Virus record (IMG/VR): IMGVR_UViG_3300033067_000173
Coordinates: 1-39,787 of that record
Length of the DNA: 39,787 bases
Source: a virus
Taxonomy: Duplodnaviria > Caudoviricetes
Strand: one strand, 5' to 3'
A program made the translations under genes and the position numbers. This document shows positions 1-7,261 of this stretch, piece by piece (the stretch's first letter is position 1; each line of letters opens with the position of its first letter). The notes beneath the pieces are model-generated. The model saw only the letters and a list, made by a program, of their open reading frames with translations, made no database searches and had not been told where the DNA came from.

Positions 1-1
1 A

Positions 2-271
2 CGTAGCCTCAATATCAATCTCATGCTGCGTGATGTTTTCCTGCACTTCCATCCCGCTATCGAGTGACAGAATCCAAGTCCCCGGCACTGTCGGCGCTGG
101 GTGCCATGCTGGCGCGGTGGCGAGGGCGGCTTGCCATGTCTTCCACTTAACACGCTGCATCGCGTTAGCGTAGGTGTCGCCTTTGCGCTCAAGCAGATCG
201 GTCTTGATGCTTGGGCAATCTTGCTCAATCCACTCGGTAGACCACGCTTCAAACGCTTCTCTGTCGGTCAT
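2..271 (-). CDS. Partial (3'-truncated) phage early protein, MTDREAFEAW...KWKTWQAAL type
   Basis: Not in ORF track. ATG at 271 overlaps the TGA of the upstream gene (ATGA); frame stays open to the window edge. Confidence 0.8.
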   Translation of the reverse strand, partial: MTDREAFEAWSTEWIEQDCPSIKTDLLERKGDTYANAMQRVKWKTWQAALATAPAWHPAPTVPGTWILSLDSGMEVQENITQHEIDIEAT

Positions 272-612
272 GGTGCTGGCACTCCCAATATTCGGCGCAC
301 TTCATTTGCAAGCGGCTTGCGAAGCTCGATGTTGTCGAATGCGTCAAGGATCAGGCGAACCTGTTCCTCTGTGTGGGCAGGGTGGATTGGCGTGTAGTGC
401 GTCTTAATCTTGTCCGGCTGCGCGTCGTACTGCGTCTGCGTCAGCTTTTTCAAGCCGCCTGCTTTGCACTCCCACGCCACTGGCTCACCTTGCGGCTGGG
501 CAAGGTGTGCGCGGAGAGCCTCGACCGCGTTGTTGCAGGCGTCATAAGCACCCGGCCAGTCTCGGCATTTATCCAGCGCATCAAGCGCCTGCTGCAAAAG
601 CTCTCTGGTCAT
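268..612 (-). CDS. Modular early protein D (MTRELLQQALDAL...EPVAW...)
   Basis: Start refined to ATG 612 (ATGA overlap; same N-terminus as 728..1207). Confidence 0.85.
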   Translation of the reverse strand: MTRELLQQALDALDKCRDWPGAYDACNNAVEALRAHLAQPQGEPVAWECKAGGLKKLTQTQYDAQPDKIKTHYTPIHPAHTEEQVRLILDAFDNIELRKPLANEVRRILGVPAP

Positions 613-731
613 TTGAAGCACCCCGTAGAACTGGCGATCACGAACATGATGCAGACTGATCCAAGGACCGCGCCAGCCATAAGACCCCAAACCCAGCCCT
701 TGAAGTATTCGCGTGTCGTTTCTTTGGTCAT
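609..731 (-). CDS. 40-aa single-TM protein MTKETTREYFKGWVWGLMAGAVLGSVCIMFVIASSTGCFK
   Basis: Below the ORF-track cutoff; ATGA overlaps at both ends; one hydrophobic stretch. Confidence 0.8.
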   Translation of the reverse strand: MTKETTREYFKGWVWGLMAGAVLGSVCIMFVIASSTGCFK

Positions 732-1207
732 GGCTTCCCCTTTATGCCGTGGAAGGCTTCGACTGCGCGGACGATGCGCTGTGATGTTGTTCCGTCACGC
801 CGGATAGCTGCGCCGCTTGCCGCTTCTTTCACGATTCTCGAAACCTGCTCATCCGTCATCGGCTTGCGCTCTGGCGCGCCGCTGGCAATCCCAGCAACAG
901 GGCATTTCATCCTTTCACCCTTGCAGTCCGACACCAGCCGGTCCGCGCCGCAGGTATTGCAGATCAGCGTCGGATTGCGATCTGGCTTCGTGGATGGGAA
1001 CGACTGCTCAAGCATCTCGATAGCCCGGTCGCGCAAATCTTGGATTTCCGCCTCGCTCATGGGTGCTGGCCCACCCTGCGGCTGGACTGGCTGGGCAAGG
1101 TGGGCGCGGATTGCCGCCTTCGCTCCGTGATACTTCGCCCCATCATACTTTTCGGAGTAGCAGCATTCCAGCGCTTCAAGCGCCTGCTGCAAAAGTTCGC
1201 GGGTCAT
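728..1207 (-). CDS. Modular early protein C
   Basis: ATGA coupling; shares modules with neighbouring genes; CxxC segment. Confidence 0.88.
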   Translation of the reverse strand: MTRELLQQALEALECCYSEKYDGAKYHGAKAAIRAHLAQPVQPQGGPAPMSEAEIQDLRDRAIEMLEQSFPSTKPDRNPTLICNTCGADRLVSDCKGERMKCPVAGIASGAPERKPMTDEQVSRIVKEAASGAAIRRDGTTSQRIVRAVEAFHGIKGKP

Positions 1208-1797
1208 TTCGATTCTCCTGTGATGCCGTGGAAGACTTCGATTGCGCGGACAAGGGCGATTTTGCTTCTCCAGCCAAACCCGGTCAGATGTATTCTGTGT
1301 ATCTCGTCTTCTGTCATCGGCTTGCGCTCTGGCTGCACGGGTGCTGGAGCGGCTGAGAGCAGTGCGCGTTCAATTGCAAGTGCTTCACGAACTAGGTTTG
1401 CGCCTGCGGTCGCGTATCCGTCTTCACCAATAGCCACCCCGAAATCTCGTATCTTCTGAGTCGCTTCAAGGGCTTGCTCCAGTGCGGCATCCGGCTCACG
1501 CAGCGCCCGGTCTGCATCGACATAGGCGCGCATCTGGTCGGCGGTGTATGCGCGGTGATACTCAGTCTGGCCGTAACTGACTGCTGGCGTCGGCAGCGGC
1601 GGGTAGTCTTTGTTCATGGTGCTGGCTCCTTGAGGAAGTTCCTGATAATCTCAATGCCGCGCATGATTCGATTGCCCTCAGCAAGCTGTCCACCGGCTTT
1701 GCCTTCGCTGATCATCACGGCGGCGTCACCATCGGCAACTCGGATCACTGAAAGCAGCGCGTCACGATCCAGCGCCGTCATCGGCTTGCGCTCTGGC
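855..1797. repeat. Three exact 21-bp copies of GTCATCGGCTTGCGCTCTGGC (855-875, 1313-1333, 1777-1797), encoding PERKPMT on the minus strand
   Basis: Direct sequence comparison. Confidence 0.95.
1204..1617 (-). CDS. Modular early protein B
   Basis: ATGA coupling; KDYPP, MRAYVDADRALRE, PERKPMT and FHGI modules. Confidence 0.88.
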   Translation of the reverse strand: MNKDYPPLPTPAVSYGQTEYHRAYTADQMRAYVDADRALREPDAALEQALEATQKIRDFGVAIGEDGYATAGANLVREALAIERALLSAAPAPVQPERKPMTEDEIHRIHLTGFGWRSKIALVRAIEVFHGITGESK

Positions 1798-2096
1798 TGC
1801 GCCTGTGGGGCGGCGTACAGTGGCACAACTCTTGGCATTTCAAGCCCGTTGTATGCCCGGTACTCAGCGGCCAATTCGGGGGTCTTGTAGACGTTGCCAA
1901 GGCGGTCGCCGTAGTAACTTGCCCAAAGGATCGGCTGCGCCTGTTCACGCAGCGCCCGGTCTGCATCGACGTATGCGCGCATCTGGCTTTCACTGTAAGC
2001 GTCTTGGGACGACACCCAAGCAAGTTCATAAGGACGGGCAGGAAATTCAATTTTCCCTTCTGGCTTCGGCGGCGGCGGGTAGTCTTTTGTTGTCAT
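1614..2096 (-). CDS. Modular early protein A
   Basis: ATGA coupling, AAGGAG RBS; modules shared with B and C. Confidence 0.88.
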   Translation of the reverse strand: MTTKDYPPPPKPEGKIEFPARPYELAWVSSQDAYSESQMRAYVDADRALREQAQPILWASYYGDRLGNVYKTPELAAEYRAYNGLEMPRVVPLYAAPQAQPERKPMTALDRDALLSVIRVADGDAAVMISEGKAGGQLAEGNRIMRGIEIIRNFLKEPAP

Positions 2097-2431
2097 GGTG
2101 TCACTCCTTGGTGTTGCATTGCCATCTGCTCGGCGCGGACGATAAGGTGGCCGAGGCCTTCCTCTTCAAGCACGCGGCGCAACATGGTGTTGATGTGGTT
2201 TCGGCGCTCGGCCTTGACTTCGCGGTCAACCTGCCTGTATCTCCCTTGCAGACGGTGGCGCTCGAGGCGCAGCCGGGCGATCTCGGCGTCGGTCTTTGCG
2301 CGCTCGTCCAGCGGGGTCTTGATCCCGGTAGCATGAAATTCAACCCGGCGCTCGGCGATGATCAGATCCAGCTCTGCGAGCCGAATGTCAATGGCCGCGA
2401 TTTGATCGGTCAGCTCTTGTCGCTTGCTCAT
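2093..2431 (-). CDS. Hypothetical coiled-coil protein
   Basis: AGGAG RBS, ATGA coupling. Confidence 0.82.
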   Translation of the reverse strand: MSKRQELTDQIAAIDIRLAELDLIIAERRVEFHATGIKTPLDERAKTDAEIARLRLERHRLQGRYRQVDREVKAERRNHINTMLRRVLEEEGLGHLIVRAEQMAMQHQGVTP

Positions 2432-2594
2432 GTTTTCTCCTGTTGAGGTTGGTCCCGCGCTTCAGGATCTCGACCGACTCGAGGGTGCTGAAGCGGTGTA
2501 GGTTGGCGCACTCGTAGCGCCTGCGTCTGGTGTTGCCGGCCCTCGGTCTCGAGTCGAGTAGATGGGTCCATGCGCCGCACTGTGGGCATTTCAT
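2388..2594 (-). CDS. NrdR-like Zn-ribbon protein lacking the ATP cone
   Basis: MKCPQCG...LDSR...RRRRYEC...HRFSTLE matches the NrdR N-terminal pattern; ATG 2594 coupled to upstream stop. Confidence 0.8.
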   Translation of the reverse strand: MKCPQCGAWTHLLDSRPRAGNTRRRRYECANLHRFSTLESVEILKRGTNLNRRKHEQATRADRSNRGH

Positions 2595-2728
2595 GGGCGC
2601 ACCCCCACCAGATCCCCGAGCGTCCACAGCGCCCACGCCACGACCGATTGCGGCACATCGCCGCCGGCCCGGACGTAGTCGAGGATGCTCGAGGCCTGCA
2701 GCTCCTCGAAGTTCATGTGCTCCCTCAT
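2591..2728 (-). CDS. Small hypothetical protein (alternative start at 2716)
   Basis: ATGA coupling. Confidence 0.65.
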   Translation of the reverse strand: MREHMNFEELQASSILDYVRAGGDVPQSVVAWALWTLGDLVGVRP

Positions 2729-2865
2729 GCCAGCACCGCCTTGACGAACCACGGCGTCTGCGGGAGCCTGCACATCACCCGAGAGACCAGCTCGCACTGG
2801 TCGCGCAGCAGGTAGCGCTGGCACTCAGACCGGCGCAGGCACATTTGTCCTTCGCATCCGGTCAT
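2725..2865 (-). CDS. Small Cys-rich hypothetical protein, 46 aa
   Basis: ATG 2865 overlaps the stop of the replication gene. Confidence 0.65.
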   Translation of the reverse strand: MTGCEGQMCLRRSECQRYLLRDQCELVSRVMCRLPQTPWFVKAVLA

Positions 2866-3719
2866 TGCGCCAACCCCTTCACGACCATGCTGGCAATCGA
2901 CGGGTGAACCGCAGGGGCCTGCTTGCCGACGACCCGGGCCTTGTAGGCGTGCCAGTGCTCGCGCTCGTCCCATTTCCCGAGTCCCATCTCGACGCCGCGC
3001 GCCTCAATGGCGGAGCGTGACTCGGGGTCGTGGGCGGCCGGGGCCACGGTGCGGCCGAAGCCCTGCTGCTGACCCTCGGCAACCCAGTCTGCCTTGAACC
3101 CCTGCCAGCCACGGGAGACGATCTCGGTGAGGGCGCCCTCCATCGTCCAGCCGGCCTTCACGGCCTCGCGTTGGATGCCTGCGATGGCGGTCTCGGTGAC
3201 CGGGGCTTTCTTGGCTTTGCGGTGTGCAAGGAAGTCCTGCCAGACACGATCTGAAACGCCGTCAGGCTTCGCGAGCTTGACTCGCGGCTCCCTTCCTTGA
3301 TCCTTAGATCCTTGATCCTTAGACCCTTGATCCAACAGCGAATCCTCGCGAGGATTCGGCGAATGCTCGCGAGGATCATCCGAACCCTCGATGGGGGGTG
3401 GAATCCGAGACTTGCTCGGCTTGTCAATCTTCTGGTGCGACAACCACTTAGCGATGGCGATGAAGGAATCACCATCGATTTCGTAGCGGATGATCGACCC
3501 TACAGTCACCAGCTCGTCGAGCCAGCGGTCGATGGAGCGGCGGGCGTCGTCGTCGTAGGGGTAAAGAAGGCTCGCGAGCATTCGCGAATTTCCGCGAAGC
3601 CTCCCCGAATCGTCGGCGAGGGTCCACAGAAGGATGAATGTCAGGCGAGCGTCGCGGCTGACCTTACCCATGCTCTCGCTTTGCGGGAACTCAGGCTTGA
3701 TGGTGCGGATGCGTGGCAT
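2862..3719 (-). CDS. Phage replication initiator (replisome organiser, functionally lambda O-like)
   Basis: N-terminal RIRTIKPEF...RLTFILLWTLADDSGR wHTH, low-complexity repeat linker, C-terminal VWQDFLAHRKAKKAP...RGWQGF domain. Confidence 0.85.
   Translation of the reverse strand: MPRIRTIKPEFPQSESMGKVSRDARLTFILLWTLADDSGRLRGNSRMLASLLYPYDDDARRSIDRWLDELVTVGSIIRYEIDGDSFIAIAKWLSHQKIDKPSKSRIPPPIEGSDDPREHSPNPREDSLLDQGSKDQGSKDQGREPRVKLAKPDGVSDRVWQDFLAHRKAKKAPVTETAIAGIQREAVKAGWTMEGALTEIVSRGWQGFKADWVAEGQQQGFGRTVAPAAHDPESRSAIEARGVEMGLGKWDEREHWHAYKARVVGKQAPAVHPSIASMVVKGLAQ
3295..3377. repeat. Iteron-like repeats inside the replication gene (putative ori)
   Basis: Perfect 18-bp palindrome GAATCCTCGCGAGGATTC at 3340-3357, imperfect copy at 3361-3377, adjacent 15-bp tandem CCTTGATCCTTAGA(T/C) x2.5. 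Confidence 0.7.
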
Positions 3720-3763
3720 GTTTTCCTCGATCTATGCAGTCCGAAGCCGGGCCGCTGGGTTTC

Positions 3764-3792
3764 AGTATACCTACCGCATGACAATACAGCAA
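3764..3792 (-). promoter_or_regulatory. sigma70 promoter for the replication gene
   Basis: TTGCTG-N17-TATACT in the only intergenic gap of this stretch. Confidence 0.7.
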
Positions 3793-3803
3793 GGCGCATG
3801 ACG

Positions 3804-3983
3804 TCACCGCAAGCCGATCCGGCGAATGGCACGCAGGATGCCGCTCTCGGTGACCCGGTTGCGCTGTGCGGCCTCGCGCCACGTCTTTCCACGGATGTAG
3901 ATGTCGGCGAGCGCCTCACGGATGTGGTGGGACGTTCGCGTTCCGCAGAGCGCCATCTTGGCGGTCAGTTCATGCTTTGTCAT
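3804..3983 (-). CDS. Small HTH DNA-binding protein
   Basis: GKTWREAAQRNRVTESGILRAIRR HTH pattern; ATG 3983 coupled. Confidence 0.75.
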   Translation of the reverse strand: MTKHELTAKMALCGTRTSHHIREALADIYIRGKTWREAAQRNRVTESGILRAIRRIGLR

Positions 3984-4507
3984 GCTGACTCCCTGTGGTC
4001 GCGGATGGCGTCGATCAGCATCACGGAGTTGATCTTGGCGCCGCCGAGCACCATCCCGTTGCTGCATGAGTGCGGCGGCGCGCTGAAGTAGCGGGCCTGC
4101 GGGGTGATGCCGACCCGGAACAAGTCCAGACGGTCGGCGTCCCAGCAGGCCGCCACGGTGGGGTCTTCGCTGGTCATGCCTTCCGGGTGGTAGCGGATGG
4201 CCCAGAACAGCTTGTCCATCTGGTCCTGCGTGACCGTGAAGAGTTTCTTCCTGCGGAGCATCGACGCCAGATTGGCGCTGCGCAGGCCGTGCGCCGGGTC
4301 TTCGCCCTCGTCGATGCGGGCGGCGTCGTGCAGCAAGGCGAACAGGCTCACGACGTGCTCGTCAGGCGTCAGGCCGGCGTCCTTCATGCTGCGCATAATG
4401 TTCTTGGCGTTCATGTAGACACAGGCCCAGTGCCCGATACCGTGGTATCCGTTGAAGTCGCATTTGAACTGGGCCTCGACGTTGGCGAGGAGTTTGGGGT
4501 CGAACAT
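3980..4507 (-). CDS. HD-domain metal-dependent phosphohydrolase
   Basis: H(GIG)H...LLHD...HG...IRYH...WDADRLD; start refined to ATG 4507 (TAATG overlap, AAAGGA RBS). Confidence 0.88.
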   Translation of the reverse strand: MFDPKLLANVEAQFKCDFNGYHGIGHWACVYMNAKNIMRSMKDAGLTPDEHVVSLFALLHDAARIDEGEDPAHGLRSANLASMLRRKKLFTVTQDQMDKLFWAIRYHPEGMTSEDPTVAACWDADRLDLFRVGITPQARYFSAPPHSCSNGMVLGGAKINSVMLIDAIRDHRESA

Positions 4508-4668
4508 TATTTTTCCTTTCTGAAGTCGAGTGGCTGCGCCAGCACCCACTTGGGGCCGAGCTTGCGCACTGCCCGAGCCCATGCCCGGCAGTTGTGGCGG
4601 ACGATGTGGCGGGGGACGTCGGGGCGGTCGAACATCAACCGGGCGCGGGTCAGCATGCGGGTGTTCAT
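4507..4668 (-). CDS. Small basic hypothetical protein
   Basis: ATG 4668 coupled. Confidence 0.75.
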   Translation of the reverse strand: MNTRMLTRARLMFDRPDVPRHIVRHNCRAWARAVRKLGPKWVLAQPLDFRKEK

Positions 4669-4910
4669 GGCGCCCTCGCTTTCAGCATTTCGTCTGCCAT
4701 CTCGTAGGCGATTTCCGCAATCATGTCCCAGTCTTCGTTGTCCCAATACCAGCTGCTGCCAAGCTCCTTGTCGTAGTTTTCCTTGAGCCGGGCCATCGCC
4801 ATTGGCATTGCCAGCCCTGCGAAGTGGTCGCGCAGGGTCATCCCGGGCTCGCCGCCGTGCGTTGGGTAACCGTGTGGGAACGCTAGTTCGCCTGTGTTGA
4901 TCGCGCTCAT
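4665..4910 (-). CDS. Conserved phage protein (GMTLRDHFA...AYEMADEMLKAR family)
   Basis: Recognisable motif; ATG 4910 coupled. Confidence 0.82.
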   Translation of the reverse strand: MSAINTGELAFPHGYPTHGGEPGMTLRDHFAGLAMPMAMARLKENYDKELGSSWYWDNEDWDMIAEIAYEMADEMLKARAP

Positions 4911-5203
4911 GCTTCCACCACATCGTTCGAGATCGCGAGGTGCTGGGCGATCTGGCGGTCGATCTCGGTGACCATCGCTTGGAAGTCGGCCATCGCCTTC
5001 TCCTTCTTCTTGCGAAGGTTCTCGACGAGACCGACGCGGATGTCGAAGTCGTCGGGGATCTCGACCTCGAAGTCCTGCTGGGTGATGAACACCCGCTCTG
5101 GGCTCTGGGGGCCGGCGATGTTGAAGGGCCAAATGTGGAGCTTGGGCTCGGTGTCCCAAGAGTTCTGCTCGGCGATGACGTAGCCGGTGAGTGTGACTTT
5201 CAT
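4907..5203 (-). CDS. Hypothetical protein
   Basis: ATG 5203 with AGGAG RBS. Confidence 0.8.
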   Translation of the reverse strand: MKVTLTGYVIAEQNSWDTEPKLHIWPFNIAGPQSPERVFITQQDFEVEIPDDFDIRVGLVENLRKKKEKAMADFQAMVTEIDRQIAQHLAISNDVVEA

Positions 5204-5204
5204 T

Positions 5205-5444
5205 TCAGTTCTCCTGATGGTTGATGATCTCTTCCTCGAGTCGCTCGATCTCGCGCTGGTCAAGCTTGCGTTCGAGCCACGGGGCCGGGCGGCCTCGTCT
5301 GTCCAGCACGTCGTACTCGAGTTCGACGTAGCCGTAGTAGTCGTCCGGGTTGTCAGCCCGGGAGTCTGGGCGCTGCCGCAGGTAGTGCGTGACACGGACC
5401 TGACAGGGGATGCCGCAGATGTGGACGTCGATGGGTGCTCTCAT
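5205..5444 (-). CDS. Hypothetical protein
   Basis: ORF track; GGAGG RBS; coupled. Confidence 0.8.
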   Translation of the reverse strand: MRAPIDVHICGIPCQVRVTHYLRQRPDSRADNPDDYYGYVELEYDVLDRRGRPAPWLERKLDQREIERLEEEIINHQEN

Positions 5445-5638
5445 GGCGCCTCCGGGCTGATGTGGCGTTCTGCTGCTTCTTTGGCGCCGAGGCCTTTGAA
5501 GTAGTAGTGCTTGGCCGTGTCCCAGTCGACCTTGCCGCGCTGGGACGGGTCCAGCTCAACGAGGCGGTCCTCGTAGTCGCCCATCCAGACAGCGCGGAAG
5601 GCCTCCTCGCGGCGGCCGGTGCGGTTGTGGACTCTCAT
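5441..5638 (-). CDS. Hypothetical protein
   Basis: ORF track; GGAG RBS. Confidence 0.75.
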   Translation of the reverse strand: MRVHNRTGRREEAFRAVWMGDYEDRLVELDPSQRGKVDWDTAKHYYFKGLGAKEAAERHISPEAP

Positions 5639-5643
5639 GGCGG

Positions 5644-5892
5644 CTACTCCCCGGTCGGCGAAAGGAAGTGCAGGAGGCGCGCTTGGGCTTCCTGAATCAA
5701 GTCAGCCTGCTCCCTACCGTCCTTCACGGTGGTGCAGATGTCGGCGACAGCCACGGCGTAGTGGCGCACTTCGGCGAGGATCGAGTCGGCGGCGTTCAGG
5801 TGGCTGCGCAGCTCGGCCTCGCAAAGGTTCCCAAGCGCCCGGTGGGCACGGGTGACGTGGTGCTCCATGCTGATGTATTGGTCGGCTCTCAT
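5644..5892 (-). CDS. Hypothetical protein
   Basis: AAGGAG RBS. Confidence 0.8.
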   Translation of the reverse strand: MRADQYISMEHHVTRAHRALGNLCEAELRSHLNAADSILAEVRHYAVAVADICTTVKDGREQADLIQEAQARLLHFLSPTGE

Positions 5893-5911
5893 GGTGATCT
5901 CCTTCAGGCGT

Positions 5912-5933
5912 AAAAAAACCCGCCGTGGCGGGT
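5912..5933 (-). terminator. Rho-independent terminator
   Basis: ACCCGCC-AC-GGCGGGT followed by a T tract on the minus strand. Confidence 0.85.
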
Positions 5934-6173
5934 GATTGGCGCCGGTTACGGTTCCGGCTCGCTATGGGTCGCGACGATCAGATGTCTCGCCGGGCAGACC
6001 CAACCTGCCCAGCCGTGGCGTTGACGCAGCCACGCAGCCCCTACGCTTCTCGCTACGGGTAATGCGGCCCCATTCTTTATCGCTGGAGGGGCGTCCAGCT
6101 GTGGTCTGCTCGGAGGGTAATGTCCGGGCTGGCGCCACTGCAATGCGCCCTGTCACGGCGCATCACGGTAGGG
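5912..6173 (-). ncRNA. Candidate structured ncRNA (multi-hairpin) ending in a terminator
   Basis: Gene-free gap in a gapless operon containing at least 5 hairpins plus a long-range TGGCGCC/GGCGCCA pairing. Confidence 0.5.
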
Positions 6174-6365
6174 TCAGGGCGTCAGTTCCGCAGCGCGCGC
6201 CTCGCTGATGGCCTTGGCCGCCTTGTGCTCATCCCAGACACGCTGGGTCTGTGCGGTGGCGTCGGCGTCGATCTTCTCGCGCTGGGCCTTGGTGAGCGGG
6301 ATGAGCGCCTTGGTGGCGTCCTCGCGTTGCTTCTCGAGGCGGGCAAGGGTGGTGATGCAGTGCAT
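6174..6365 (-). CDS. Hypothetical protein
   Basis: GGAG RBS. Confidence 0.75.
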   Translation of the reverse strand: MHCITTLARLEKQREDATKALIPLTKAQREKIDADATAQTQRVWDEHKAAKAISEARAAELTP

Positions 6366-6386
6366 GTGAAATCTCCAAAAAATCAG

Positions 6387-6416
6387 ATGATAAAGGTCTC
6401 TCGGGGATGGTGTCAG
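6387..6416 (-). promoter_or_regulatory. Possible internal sigma70 promoter
   Basis: CTGACA-N18-TATCAT. Confidence 0.3.
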
Positions 6417-6793
6417 GCTAGTTCGTCGGGCACCTCCACTTCCTTGCCCAGCTCCGACACCACATAGCAGCGCATGGCTGCGACCAGCGGAGTGGGGCCT
6501 GTGCTGAAAGCCGAAACCTTTAGCAAAACGGTGCTAAAAGACGGCTCCGCTGACCACGGCGTCTCGTCGTGATAGTGGGAGCGCAATGCGATGCACTTCT
6601 GCTCGATGATCGGCCCGCCTTGGGACCAGTAGGTGGTTGGCGCAAAAGATGTCCACCCGTAAAACTCGTCGGAGTCTATGCCGGGGGTTTCGATAAAGAC
6701 CTTCTTGTACGCCAGATTCGCTGTGTACCCTTTTGCTTTCGCCACCATCCAGTCAAGCTGGATGTTCGTGGCTTCGCTGACTTTGACTTTCAT
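6413..6793 (-). CDS. DUF2591/NinX-family phage protein
   Basis: LDWMVAKA...PTTYWSQGGPIIE...GPTPLVAAMRCYV..LGKEVEVP motifs. Confidence 0.88.
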   Translation of the reverse strand: MKVKVSEATNIQLDWMVAKAKGYTANLAYKKVFIETPGIDSDEFYGWTSFAPTTYWSQGGPIIEQKCIALRSHYHDETPWSAEPSFSTVLLKVSAFSTGPTPLVAAMRCYVVSELGKEVEVPDELA

Positions 6794-6811
6794 GGTGTTC
6801 TCCTTGGCGAC

Positions 6812-7036
6812 TTAGTTGGTGTCGATGCGGTACTTGCCAAGCGTTGTGGCGTAGGCAACGTACTGGCTGGCCCCGTACACGTTAAACATGACGAGCGCCA
6901 CCTCAAACGGGTTGCCCTCGGCTGTCGAGCGCACCGAGATGCTGTCGAGTAGGGCGCGCTTGATGGCCTGCTCTTCGGTGTCGCCATCGGCGACGGACTC
7001 GTTGCTTCCTGCGAGAAGTTTGACGCGGTAGCACAT
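6812..7036 (-). CDS. Hypothetical protein
   Basis: AAGGAGG RBS. Confidence 0.78.
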   Translation of the reverse strand: MCYRVKLLAGSNESVADGDTEEQAIKRALLDSISVRSTAEGNPFEVALVMFNVYGASQYVAYATTLGKYRIDTN

Positions 7037-7054
7037 GGTGTCCTCCTTGGTGAA

Positions 7055-7252
7055 TCAGAACGGGGTAGAGCGCCAGCGGCAGGCGCTGCAAACAAACCAC
7101 ATACGGCCGGCACGGAAGCCATGCGGGACCATGTAGCCACGGCAGGCCCATGCCGCAGCGCGGGGCTCGGCCGGGAGATCTGCAGCGGGGCGGCGCGATG
7201 GTGGCGGCTCGCTCACGCGGCCCGGTGGCGGGGTGAGTTCAAAGTCGGACAT
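7055..7252 (-). CDS. Hypothetical Pro-rich protein with C-terminal CxxC
   Basis: AGGAG RBS. Confidence 0.6.
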   Translation of the reverse strand: MSDFELTPPPGRVSEPPPSRRPAADLPAEPRAAAWACRGYMVPHGFRAGRMWFVCSACRWRSTPF

Positions 7253-7261
7253 GGCCGTCTC

